Assembly (NCBI GenBank): GCA_035906255.1
Contig: JAMIFM010000029.1
Span: 50,944-114,943, forward strand
Source: Bacteroidia bacterium
GTDB taxonomy: Bacteria; Bacteroidota; Bacteroidia; UBA8524
Direction: 5' to 3'
DNA: 64,000 bases
In this document: one piece after another, positions 32,227-40,685 of the stretch
Layout: every line of letters begins with the position of its first letter
Numbering within the stretch: position 1 is the first letter of the stretch
The notes under the pieces: model-generated
Databases searched by the model: none
The model's input: only the letters and a program-made list of their open reading frames with translations
Told to the model about the DNA's origin: nothing
Translations under genes and position numbers: made by a program

Positions 32227-33231
32227 TTAGTCCATTATAAAAGGATAGTTTGCCTCTTGGTACACATCGCTGTATATTTCAGAAGCATCAGGATAGGGTG
32301 AGTTTTCAGCAAACTCAACGCTATCGTTCACAATTTTCTCAATTTTTTCTTCAAGTTCTTCCAATTGTTTTTCGTTCAGCCATTTATTTGACAGTATTGT
32401 GGCTTTTACTTTCTCAATCGGGTCTTGGTTTTTATAGTCTTCTACTTCTTCTTTGGTGCGGTATTTAGCGGGGTCGCTCATACTATGACCACGGTAGCGG
32501 TAGGTACGTATTTCTAAAAATGTAGGGCCGTCGCCTTTGCGTGCGCGTTGCACAGCTTCGTCCATTGCCTCGTGCACAGCTTCAACGGTCATCCCGTCAA
32601 CAGCAGCATTCGGCATCTCAAACGCATCGCCTATTTTGTGTATATCCAGCATATTGGTAGTACGTTGTACTGAGGTACCCATAGCATATCCGTTGTTTTC
32701 ACACACAAATATCACAGGCAACTTCCACAACATAGCCATGTTAAATGCTTCGTTTAATGCTCCTTGACGCACAGCACCATCGCCCATAAAACACACACAC
32801 ACGTTTTTAGTGCCGTTGTATTGCTCAGCAAAGGCAATACCTGCACCCAAAGGTATTTGGCCGCCCACAATACCGTGACCGCCAAAAAAGTTGTGCTCTT
32901 TGCTAAACATGTGCATACTGCCGCCCTTGCCCTTGCTGCAACCATCTATCTTTCCGTATAGTTCGGCCATTATAGCATTGGCACTAATGCCGCAACCCAA
33001 CGCGTGGGCGTGGTCGCGGTATGCAGTAATAATTTTATCGTCTTTGGTAACGGCACTCATAGTACCGGCCACCACAGCTTCCTGCCCTATGTATAAGTGG
33101 CAAAAACCTTTAATCTTTTGCTGTCCGTATAGCTGTGCCGATTTCTCTTCAAAACGGCGCATCAACAGCATCTCATCGTACCACTTCACGTAGGTTTCTT
33201 TACCAAACTTTGCTTGCGCTTTCTTAGCCAT
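32227..33231 (-). CDS. pdhA: Pyruvate dehydrogenase E1 alpha subunit
   Basis: GFCHLYIGQEA, GDGA...QG, YRYRGHSMSDP. Start at 33231 (MAKKAQ) because a -7 box lies inside the longer ORF. Confidence 0.85.
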   Translation of the reverse strand: MAKKAQAKFGKETYVKWYDEMLLMRRFEEKSAQLYGQQKIKGFCHLYIGQEAVVAGTMSAVTKDDKIITAYRDHAHALGCGISANAIMAELYGKIDGCSKGKGGSMHMFSKEHNFFGGHGIVGGQIPLGAGIAFAEQYNGTKNVCVCFMGDGAVRQGALNEAFNMAMLWKLPVIFVCENNGYAMGTSVQRTTNMLDIHKIGDAFEMPNAAVDGMTVEAVHEAMDEAVQRARKGDGPTFLEIRTYRYRGHSMSDPAKYRTKEEVEDYKNQDPIEKVKATILSNKWLNEKQLEELEEKIEKIVNDSVEFAENSPYPDASEIYSDVYQEANYPFIMD

Positions 33232-33250
33232 GTTATTTTTTAAAGAATTG

Positions 33251-33258
33251 CAAAAATA
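33251..33258 (-). promoter_or_regulatory. -7 promoter box TATTTTTG (minus strand)
   Basis: CAAAAATA on the plus strand, 20 nt upstream of the pdhA ATG at 33231. Confidence 0.4.
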
Positions 33259-33453
33259 GACTTTTTTACACATTTCAAAAACTCATATTAGGCTTGGCGA
33301 CTATATTATACTTAGCCCCCCCTTTAGTAAGCCTCTGATTGTGTCGGTTTAATTTGTAACAGATTGATTATAAAATAATAATACTGCTACTGCGACTAAT
33401 ATTTTGTAACTTTACTACTACTATTTAACTAACCACTAAACCGAACTACCGTT

Positions 33454-34182
33454 ATGAAAAACTTTTTACTCCTTTTTCTTTGGGCTACGTTTTCCGTCGT
33501 TCAAACTGCGTATGGCCAAAAAACCAATACGCTTCCTAATAAGCAACAAGACCAACAGGTACAGCAACAGCAGCAAAAGAAACCGCCGCCTTATGTTTTT
33601 AAAACAGATTATGATGTGAAGATGAAAGAGGTGGATACAAAGGTGAACAACGCTGTGGGCACTGCACTTACGTTGAAAAAAGAACTTGGCGGCAAGCTTG
33701 ATAAAGTGGACGAACTTGACAGCAAGATGCAACAGGTGGAAGAAATTTTGAATTCGGCAAATTTTAAAATCAGTTTAACATCGGACTCACTAAAAAAAAC
33801 CCGTTTTTCAGTAGAAGAAATAAAAGCCGAAACCGATAAAAAAATTGGAGAACTAAATGCCAATGCAAGCAAGCAACAAACTTTTATTTGGGGGGCAATG
33901 GCATTGGCACTATTGCTAAGTTTAGGCTTGGTGTTGCTGATGAATAACAGGCTACGCAAACAAAGAAACGCTATGTTTCGCCAATCAGAAGAGTTTAACA
34001 GCCGCTTGGTTACTGAGCTTGAAAAACAAAGCAAGACAACAGGCGATGAATTGGTGCAGTTTAAAATGCGGATGCAAGACGATGTGAACCGCATACGCAC
34101 TGAAATCCGCTCGAACAATGAGGCGGCAACGGCGCAATTAAATGCAATAATTGAGCGGTTGGATGCGCCTAAGGAGGTATAG
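33454..34182 (+). CDS. Secreted coiled-coil protein with one internal TM helix
   Basis: Signal peptide, Q-rich tract, coiled coil, TM WGAMALALLLSLGLVLLM, second coiled coil. Confidence 0.6.
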   Translation: MKNFLLLFLWATFSVVQTAYGQKTNTLPNKQQDQQVQQQQQKKPPPYVFKTDYDVKMKEVDTKVNNAVGTALTLKKELGGKLDKVDELDSKMQQVEEILNSANFKISLTSDSLKKTRFSVEEIKAETDKKIGELNANASKQQTFIWGAMALALLLSLGLVLLMNNRLRKQRNAMFRQSEEFNSRLVTELEKQSKTTGDELVQFKMRMQDDVNRIRTEIRSNNEAATAQLNAIIERLDAPKEV

Positions 34183-34215
34183 TCTGAATATAAAATTCAG
34201 GCCTTTTGCAGGTAA

Positions 34216-34253
34216 CGTTCCGAATGGTTTTAAACCATTCGGAACGAATTTTT
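34216..34253. terminator. Perfect palindromic terminator
   Basis: CGTTCCGAATGGTTT / AAACCATTCGGAACG followed by a T5 run. Sits between convergent genes. Confidence 0.75.
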
Positions 34254-34285
34254 GCAATGAAGGCAGGCTTTATGTCCGGCGATAG

Positions 34286-34927
34286 CTAATCCAAAAAAGC
34301 AATCTTTCTTGTTGCTATCAGTTTCCTTCTATCCGATTTTTTTAAATCGCTGTTATTGAGAATTATAGCTGTTATACTTGGTGATTTAGCCAGCCTAGTA
34401 ATATCATTTATTAATTTTTTATCAGTAATCCCTTCCATATTAATTGTTAAAAATTTTAACTTCTTTAATCCCAATACCCCTTCTGGTATTTTAGTAATTG
34501 TGTTTCTTTCTCCAGAAAGGTCTATGATCTCCAAGTTTTCACAAAATTTAAGACTATCAGGAATTGACAAATCATCTATTGAACCTTCGATTTCCAAACA
34601 TCTAAGTTTGGTTAAAAAACCAATGTGATTAGACATTCTTAACACCCCTTTACCTGTGATTTCCAATTCAATAACATTATTAAAAAGAGCAATGTTATCG
34701 CTGATATTGATGTATTTACTTTTAAGACTATCTTGAAGCAAAAGCGAACATATTGAGTCGGGAGGCACGCGAAAGGATTTATGGTTATCGATATCATACT
34801 CTTGGTAACAGAACACAATTTCATTCATATAATTCTGCACCCAGTTGTGTTTTAACCTAAGCAACGAGTCTTGCCCTCTTACAATTCCAAATAATGGTAT
34901 AACAACTATTAGTAAAAATATTCTCAT
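34286..34927 (-). CDS. Leucine-rich-repeat protein, secreted
   Basis: Signal peptide. LRR-like units (LxxLxLxxN/I..IP). AT-rich gene. Confidence 0.6.
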   Translation of the reverse strand: MRIFLLIVVIPLFGIVRGQDSLLRLKHNWVQNYMNEIVFCYQEYDIDNHKSFRVPPDSICSLLLQDSLKSKYINISDNIALFNNVIELEITGKGVLRMSNHIGFLTKLRCLEIEGSIDDLSIPDSLKFCENLEIIDLSGERNTITKIPEGVLGLKKLKFLTINMEGITDKKLINDITRLAKSPSITAIILNNSDLKKSDRRKLIATRKIAFLD

Positions 34928-35016
34928 TGTACGAAGTAGAACAGAGATAAGAAATAAAAATGGCTCTACGTTTAACGTCGAGCCACAATATAAATTTATA
35001 GTAAATTCAGTATGGA

Positions 35017-35985
35017 TTAGCTATTGGCCATCATACGCTTCAAATTCTCAAGCATATCTTTGGTCATAGCATCAAGGTCGTACTTAGGTTGCCAGCCCCA
35101 ATCAGCGCGCGCTACACTATCATCAATACTATCGGGCCAACTGGCAGCTATTGCCTTGCGTACTTGGTCAATATCATAACTCATCGTAAAACCGGGCATT
35201 ACCTTAGCAATGCTGGCTGCAATTTCTTCAGGGTTAAAGCTCATACCTGCCACATTGTAGCTGCTGCGTATGGTAAGTTTATCCGCAGGGGCTTCCATCA
35301 GGCTGATAGTGGCATTCAGCGCATCAGGCATATACAACATGGGCAATGTTGAATCTTGTGGCAAGAAGCACGAAAATTTATTGTGTTTCAACGCCTCGTG
35401 GTAAATATCAACGGCATAATCCGTAGTGCCGCCACCGGGGGCTGATTTATAGCCTATTAAACCGGGGTAGCGTATGCTGCGCACATCCACACCGTATTTT
35501 TTAAAATAATACTCGCAATAACGCTCGCCTGCCTGCTTGCTGATACCGTAAATAGTATTAGGATCCATCACGCAATGTTGCGGGGTATTTACAGCAGGAG
35601 TATTTGGGCCAAAAACGGCAATACTGCTGGGCCAGTATATTTTACCCGTTTTGTATTCAATAGCAGCGTCTAACACATTAAACAAGCCATCCATGTTCAG
35701 TTCCCATGCAAACTTGGGGTGCTTTTCAGCCGTAGCCGAAAGTAATGCTGCCAAGTGGTACACTTGTTTGGGTTTGTATTTGGTAAACAATTCGGCAAGG
35801 CGGGGTTTATCCAGCACATCCAGCACCTCGTAGGGGCCTGTTTGGGTAAGTACTGCATTCACATCAGCAGCGGGCTTCACGTCACTGGCTACCACGTTAC
35901 TGCCGCCGTGCAATGCGCGCAGTGCTTCTACCAGTTCAGTTCCCAATTGGCCTGCTGAGCCTATTACCAAAATTGTGTCGTTCAT
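35017..35985 (-). CDS. NAD-dependent epimerase/dehydratase (extended SDR; L-threonine-3-dehydrogenase-like)
   Basis: ILVIGSAGQLGTEL Rossmann motif. YGISK catalytic YxxxK. Confidence 0.75.
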   Translation of the reverse strand: MNDTILVIGSAGQLGTELVEALRALHGGSNVVASDVKPAADVNAVLTQTGPYEVLDVLDKPRLAELFTKYKPKQVYHLAALLSATAEKHPKFAWELNMDGLFNVLDAAIEYKTGKIYWPSSIAVFGPNTPAVNTPQHCVMDPNTIYGISKQAGERYCEYYFKKYGVDVRSIRYPGLIGYKSAPGGGTTDYAVDIYHEALKHNKFSCFLPQDSTLPMLYMPDALNATISLMEAPADKLTIRSSYNVAGMSFNPEEIAASIAKVMPGFTMSYDIDQVRKAIAASWPDSIDDSVARADWGWQPKYDLDAMTKDMLENLKRMMANS

Positions 35986-36027
35986 TGTTGTATTGATTTT
36001 GAGGATGCGAATTTAAACGGTAGCGGC

Positions 36028-36801
36028 TTACTTCAAATAATAAAAATGCACATACTTTATAAACTTACTGTAGGCATTGCCGCAACTGATTATAAAGCCT
36101 GTTTTACCCTGAAGGATGCCCAAGCGCATAAAAAACGACTGAAAAAATGACCATAACGGATTGAATACCAATTTTATAAACGCGACTTTTTTGCCCTTTC
36201 GTTTAAGCTCATCCGCACCCAGTTTTCCATAGGTGTTCATTTTTAAAAAGTATTTATCGATGCTTTGAAACGAATAATGCAGTATGTCGCACTTTAATGC
36301 AGCAACAACGCCACCTGCCGTCAGCTCCACATCTTCGTGAACGGCTGAAGTATTGAAGCGTGCATACTTGCGGTTAAACAATCGTTTCTGCCTATCGGGA
36401 TACCAGCCGCAATAACGTATCCATTCACCCATAAAAAAGGTTTTGCGGGGCATAGTATATACAGGCTTAGCAGCCCAGCCTGCGTTTAGCTGCTCCCATT
36501 TGGTTTCAACCTCTTTGCGCAATTCGGCACTTATTTCTTCATCGGCATCCACCCAAAAAATCACATCGTGTTTGGCTTTGCCTACCCCCAGTTGCTTGGT
36601 AGCAGCATAGCCCTGCCATTCAACTTTAATAAATTTTGTATTATGATAGCTTTGAGCTACCTGCGGGGTGCGGTCGGTACTGCCTGAATCCAACACCAAT
36701 ACCTCATCTATCCATTGCAACGATTCGAGACAACGGGCAATGTTGGTTTCTTCATTATTGGCCAGTACAACGGCGCTTATCGGCAAAAGGTTTTGTGCCA
36801 C
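36028..36801 (-). CDS. Family-2 glycosyltransferase
   Basis: ISAVVLANNEE...VLDSGSTDRT...VDADE (DxD). CAAAACTA (a minus-strand TAGTTTTG -7 box) at 36809-36816. Confidence 0.8.
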   Translation of the reverse strand: MAQNLLPISAVVLANNEETNIARCLESLQWIDEVLVLDSGSTDRTPQVAQSYHNTKFIKVEWQGYAATKQLGVGKAKHDVIFWVDADEEISAELRKEVETKWEQLNAGWAAKPVYTMPRKTFFMGEWIRYCGWYPDRQKRLFNRKYARFNTSAVHEDVELTAGGVVAALKCDILHYSFQSIDKYFLKMNTYGKLGADELKRKGKKVAFIKLVFNPLWSFFQSFFMRLGILQGKTGFIISCGNAYSKFIKYVHFYYLK

Positions 36802-36932
36802 AGTGCCGCAAAACTACGTATTTTGACGGGCATTGGCACATCTCCTCAATTTTTAGCGTAAACGTATTTTTTTAACTACACCCAAACGTTATTTCTTTGT
36901 AAAGTGTCTATACACAAAACACCTTACAGCCA

Positions 36933-38342
36933 ATGAATAAGATTTTTACATACATTTTCTGCTTGCTGTTGCTGGCTACCAACCAACTTACGGCACAAAC
37001 CAACGGCCATTGCGGCACCACCCTTACCGATGAGGTAAAACAGCAACTGCTTGATTACGCCCAAAACGGTCGTGGATTTACCACCAAAAGTGCTGCCCAA
37101 TATTACGTGCCTATTTATTTTCATTTTGTGGGTGATGATGCAGGCAAAGGGTTCTACAACAGTCATCAGTTGATGCAGGATTTGTGTGAGTTGAACCGCC
37201 AATATGCAGCCGTAGGCTTTTATTATTACTTAGCGGGAATAAGCTATATAAAGAACTACTCTTATTTCGACCATGATTATAACAAAGGCTACGATATGAT
37301 GCGTCAAAACAATAAGCCCAACGTAGCCAACGTGTATATTGTACTAAATCCAGCGGGCAACTGCGGTTACTTTTCACCCGGACGAAATGGTGTAGCTGTG
37401 GGTAAAAACTGCATGGGAACGGGAGCAACTACTTTGGCTCACGAAATGGGGCACTTTTTCTCGCTTCCTCACCCCTTTGATAATGTTACAGGTGTTAAGG
37501 AGTACGTAAACGGAACTAACTGTGCAGTAGCAGGAGATTTGTTTTGTGATACCCGCGCTGATTTTTTAAATACCCGTTGGAATTGCCCATACACAGGCGG
37601 TCAGCTTGACCCTTTGGGTGACCCTTACGATCCGGATGAAACTTTGTTTATGAGTTATGCTTCAGACCATTGCGCTCACCGTTTTTCGGACGAGCAAATT
37701 GATGCGATGAAATATAATATAAACACCAGCCGCACCAACCTTAAAGGCCCGTTGCAAGACACAATGCCCGTGCAGCAAGTTGCTACCCGTATTTGGCCTC
37801 CGGATAATGCGGCACAAAAACCCACCGAATCTAAATTTATGTGGAACAGTGTCCCCGGCGCTTCGTATTATATATTCCAAATTTCTCAAATCACTGTATT
37901 CCCCGGCAACTTACCCGTTGATGTTATGACAACGGATACCAGTTATATAGCTACGGGACTTGTTAACGACCGTACCTACCGCTGGAGGGTACGCCCTGTA
38001 TATGCAGGACGTACTTGCACCGATTTTCCATCTGACGTGGGCGTGTTCGTTACATCGCTAACCACAGGTGTTGAAGCCGCTGTAAATGGCACAAATGTGT
38101 TGATATATCCTAATCCTGCTGCTAAAAACTCTACACTTACTGTTGCTTTCCAAACAGAGCAAGCAGAAGGAGTAAATGCTTCGGTTACTACCGTAGAAGG
38201 CAAAAAAATCAGCAACATTATGTTAGAAAAACAAAGTGCCTTGCAATACAGCCTTCCGATTGATGAGTTACCCGCAGGGGTTTATTTTATTGAGCTTACT
38301 AATGGAAGCACAATTACCCGCCACAAACTAATGGTGGAGTAA
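36933..38342 (+). CDS. Secreted zinc metalloprotease (metzincin / M43-like) with type-A T9SS C-terminal domain
   Basis: Signal peptide. LAHEMGHFFSLPHPF (HExxHxxxxxH). CTD VLIYPNPAAKNSTL...GVYFIELTNG. Confidence 0.7.
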   Translation: MNKIFTYIFCLLLLATNQLTAQTNGHCGTTLTDEVKQQLLDYAQNGRGFTTKSAAQYYVPIYFHFVGDDAGKGFYNSHQLMQDLCELNRQYAAVGFYYYLAGISYIKNYSYFDHDYNKGYDMMRQNNKPNVANVYIVLNPAGNCGYFSPGRNGVAVGKNCMGTGATTLAHEMGHFFSLPHPFDNVTGVKEYVNGTNCAVAGDLFCDTRADFLNTRWNCPYTGGQLDPLGDPYDPDETLFMSYASDHCAHRFSDEQIDAMKYNINTSRTNLKGPLQDTMPVQQVATRIWPPDNAAQKPTESKFMWNSVPGASYYIFQISQITVFPGNLPVDVMTTDTSYIATGLVNDRTYRWRVRPVYAGRTCTDFPSDVGVFVTSLTTGVEAAVNGTNVLIYPNPAAKNSTLTVAFQTEQAEGVNASVTTVEGKKISNIMLEKQSALQYSLPIDELPAGVYFIELTNGSTITRHKLMVE

Positions 38343-38470
38343 AATGCCTGTCTTTTGCGAATAATTACACCTAAAAAGCATTTTTATCGTTTACCTTTTG
38401 TTATAGGCGATGTATTAATACCAAAATTGGAACAGATATTGGATTAATAAAAAAAGAAACTGACACGACT

Positions 38471-39283
38471 ATGAAAAAGGTAATTGTATTAATGAGTGTT
38501 TTTGGGGCTTTGGCTACTTTGCCGGCCTTTATCGATAAAGATAAAGTGGAACCGGAATACCGCACTTTTGAGATGCGGAAAATAACCAACAAAGCCTTTA
38601 CCTATGGTGAAAAATTAAATTACCGTGTTCACTACGGATTTGTGAATGCAGGTGATATTGAATTGCAGGTGAAACCAAACCCTGTAAATATAAACGGCAG
38701 GTATGCCTACCATATAGATGGTTTTGGTAAGTCTCGCTCTGGTTTTGACTGGATGTTTAAAGTACGCGACCGCTTTGAAACGTATATTGATACCCAAGCC
38801 ATTTTACCCCTTCAGTTTGTTAAAAACCAAAAAGAAGGTGGCTATGAGGATACCGACTTTGTAATTTTTGACCACAAGCTGAAAAAGTATTTCAGTAAAA
38901 AAGGTAGCAAAACCACCCCTATTGATATACAAGATGTATTATCAGTAGCGTACTACGCCCGCACATTGGATGTAAGAAACTCGCCCATAGGCACTGAGTT
39001 TACTCTGAATGTGTATTTGGACAATGAAATTTATCCGCTGGTATTTAAGATTGACGGACGCGAAGTATTAAATACCGACGTGGGTAAAATAAACTCAATA
39101 CGTGTTATCCCTCAAGTAATCAATGGCCGCGTGTTTAAAGATAAAAACGCCATGAAAGTATGGGTAAGTGATGATGAGAACAAACTGCCCTTGCGCATAC
39201 AGGCTGATATTTTGGTAGGCTCAATAAAAGCTGACATTACAGGCCACTCAGGATTGAGAGGCGAATTGAACGTTAAGAAATAA
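38471..39283 (+). CDS. DUF3108-like secreted protein
   Basis: Signal peptide. YRVHYGFVNAGDIEL and KVWVSDDENKLPLRI patterns. Confidence 0.55.
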   Translation: MKKVIVLMSVFGALATLPAFIDKDKVEPEYRTFEMRKITNKAFTYGEKLNYRVHYGFVNAGDIELQVKPNPVNINGRYAYHIDGFGKSRSGFDWMFKVRDRFETYIDTQAILPLQFVKNQKEGGYEDTDFVIFDHKLKKYFSKKGSKTTPIDIQDVLSVAYYARTLDVRNSPIGTEFTLNVYLDNEIYPLVFKIDGREVLNTDVGKINSIRVIPQVINGRVFKDKNAMKVWVSDDENKLPLRIQADILVGSIKADITGHSGLRGELNVKK

Positions 39284-39302
39284 CAATTACAATTACCTTT
39301 GA

Positions 39303-39340
39303 CCCCGCTTGCCCCTTTTTTGGCGCAGCGGGGTTTTTTA
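39303..39340 (+). terminator. Intrinsic terminator
   Basis: CCCCGCT...AGCGGGG stem followed by a T6 run. A TACCTTTG box at 39294-39301 just upstream may serve pnuC. Confidence 0.65.
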
Positions 39341-39352
39341 TTTTAACACGCT

Positions 39353-40009
39353 TTGGATTTTTTTAGCACCCACAATATTGCATTTACATGGCTGGGGTAT
39401 AACATGAGTTATACCGAGCTGATAGCTACCGTTTTTGGTATAGCAGCCACAATTCTTTCAGCCATGCGTATCACTTATACATGGCTGGTAAATATGGTAG
39501 CCGTTGTACTGTTTGCTACCATATCATACCAACTGAAGTTATACAGCGATTTAATTTTACAGGCATATTATTTTAGCATGGGGGTACTGGGTTGGTTGTG
39601 GTGGAACAAAAAAGCCAGTAACCACTTTGTGCACGTAGGATATTGGTCGCCGGGTTTAAATATCTATTTGTTAACCGTTGCGGGCATACTAACAGCCGCA
39701 GCCATCGTGGGCTATTGCACCTCTAACTTCCATATTTGGATGCCGCAATGGTTCCCGCACCAAGCCTCGTTGCCCTACCTTAGTTCATTAGTATTAATAA
39801 TGAGTTTAGTAGGCACCTACCTGATGGGTCGCCGTTATATCGAAAACTGGTGGTTGTGGGCAGTAAGTAATCTTATCTCGGCAGGAATTTACCTTTCATT
39901 AGGCAGCCTGTTTATTTTTATTTCTTACCTTATTTTTTGGGTAATAGGTCTTAGCGGTTGGTACAATTGGCAAAAAGAATACCGCACGGCAAAAACCGAC
40001 CTCGCTTGA
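39353..40009 (+). CDS. pnuC: Nicotinamide riboside transporter PnuC family
   Basis: Seven-TM profile. LGYNMSYTELIATVFGI and WWLWAVSN patterns. TTG start is uncertain. Confidence 0.7.
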   Translation: MDFFSTHNIAFTWLGYNMSYTELIATVFGIAATILSAMRITYTWLVNMVAVVLFATISYQLKLYSDLILQAYYFSMGVLGWLWWNKKASNHFVHVGYWSPGLNIYLLTVAGILTAAAIVGYCTSNFHIWMPQWFPHQASLPYLSSLVLIMSLVGTYLMGRRYIENWWLWAVSNLISAGIYLSLGSLFIFISYLIFWVIGLSGWYNWQKEYRTAKTDLA

Positions 40010-40075
40010 GCCTCATGTCTTGAGCTTGCCGTCTTGAGCTTGCCGAAAGACCCCTTCCCCTACAGGGGAAGGAAA
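40010..40075. repeat. Intergenic repeat modules (tandem GTCTTGAGCTTGCC x2 plus CCTTCCCC/GGGGAAGG hairpin)
   Basis: Reverse-complement match to TCTTTCGACAGGCTCAAGAC at 21168-21187. Its hairpin matches the one at 21014-21033. Confidence 0.7.
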
Positions 40076-40129
40076 AGTTAAGGCGCTGACTATATAAAGA
40101 TTCAGGATTGGGTAAACATAAGGGGAGTT

Positions 40130-40516
40130 TTATGCCCTTGAGGGTTCCCAAAGCTCTATCTTATTACCTTCGGGGTCTATAATCCAGCCAAATTTACCTA
40201 CGCCGTCCATACTCTCAGTGTGCTCCATTACCTGTACGCCTTCATCGCGCAAGGTTTGCAACAGCCAATCAAGGTTTTCAACCCGCAGATTAAACATAAA
40301 AGCGTTGTTTGACGGTTCAAAATACTTGGTTTCTTGCTTAAACATTGAAAACACTGTGGTGCCTCTTTTATCGGGTTTGGGATCTTCGTCCCAAAAAAAT
40401 ACGTGGTAACCGTTTTCGCCGAACGATAAGCCAAGGTGCTTATCATACCATGCTGCTAATGCTTTTGTGTCGCGGGCTTTAAAAAAAGCACCGCCAATGC
40501 CTGTTACTCGTTTCAT
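40130..40516 (-). CDS. VOC / glyoxalase-family protein
   Basis: MKRVTGIGGAFFKARD...GWIIDPEGNKIELWEP. Start at 40516. Confidence 0.8.
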   Translation of the reverse strand: MKRVTGIGGAFFKARDTKALAAWYDKHLGLSFGENGYHVFFWDEDPKPDKRGTTVFSMFKQETKYFEPSNNAFMFNLRVENLDWLLQTLRDEGVQVMEHTESMDGVGKFGWIIDPEGNKIELWEPSRA

Positions 40517-40636
40517 AGTAAATAAAAAATTATAGGGCAATAAAAACCAAAGATAGCCGTATGGCGCATCACCCGAAAGGATGATTTTGGAAAAATAGGA
40601 GAGATTCCGATTAATTAATGTTTGGTCTACAAACAA

Positions 40637-40664
40637 CTGAAGCCGGTCTTTTGACCGGCTTCAG
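40637..40664. terminator. Terminator hairpin after the 838-aa cargo gene
   Basis: CTGAAGCCGGTC-TTTT-GACCGGCTTCAG 12-bp stem. Confidence 0.65.
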
Positions 40665-40685
40665 GATAATAATTACTAAATGCTG

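Noticed and set aside
40517-40636. N-terminal extensions offered by the ORF track (40636 for the VOC gene; also 23464, 20311, 33273, 47793, 50220, 50936, 59459, 13880)
   Set aside because: The extensions add non-homologous hydrophobic or odd residues. They cross terminator hairpins or promoter boxes, or precede an obvious signal peptide or conserved N-terminus. Internal ATGs give canonical protein starts.
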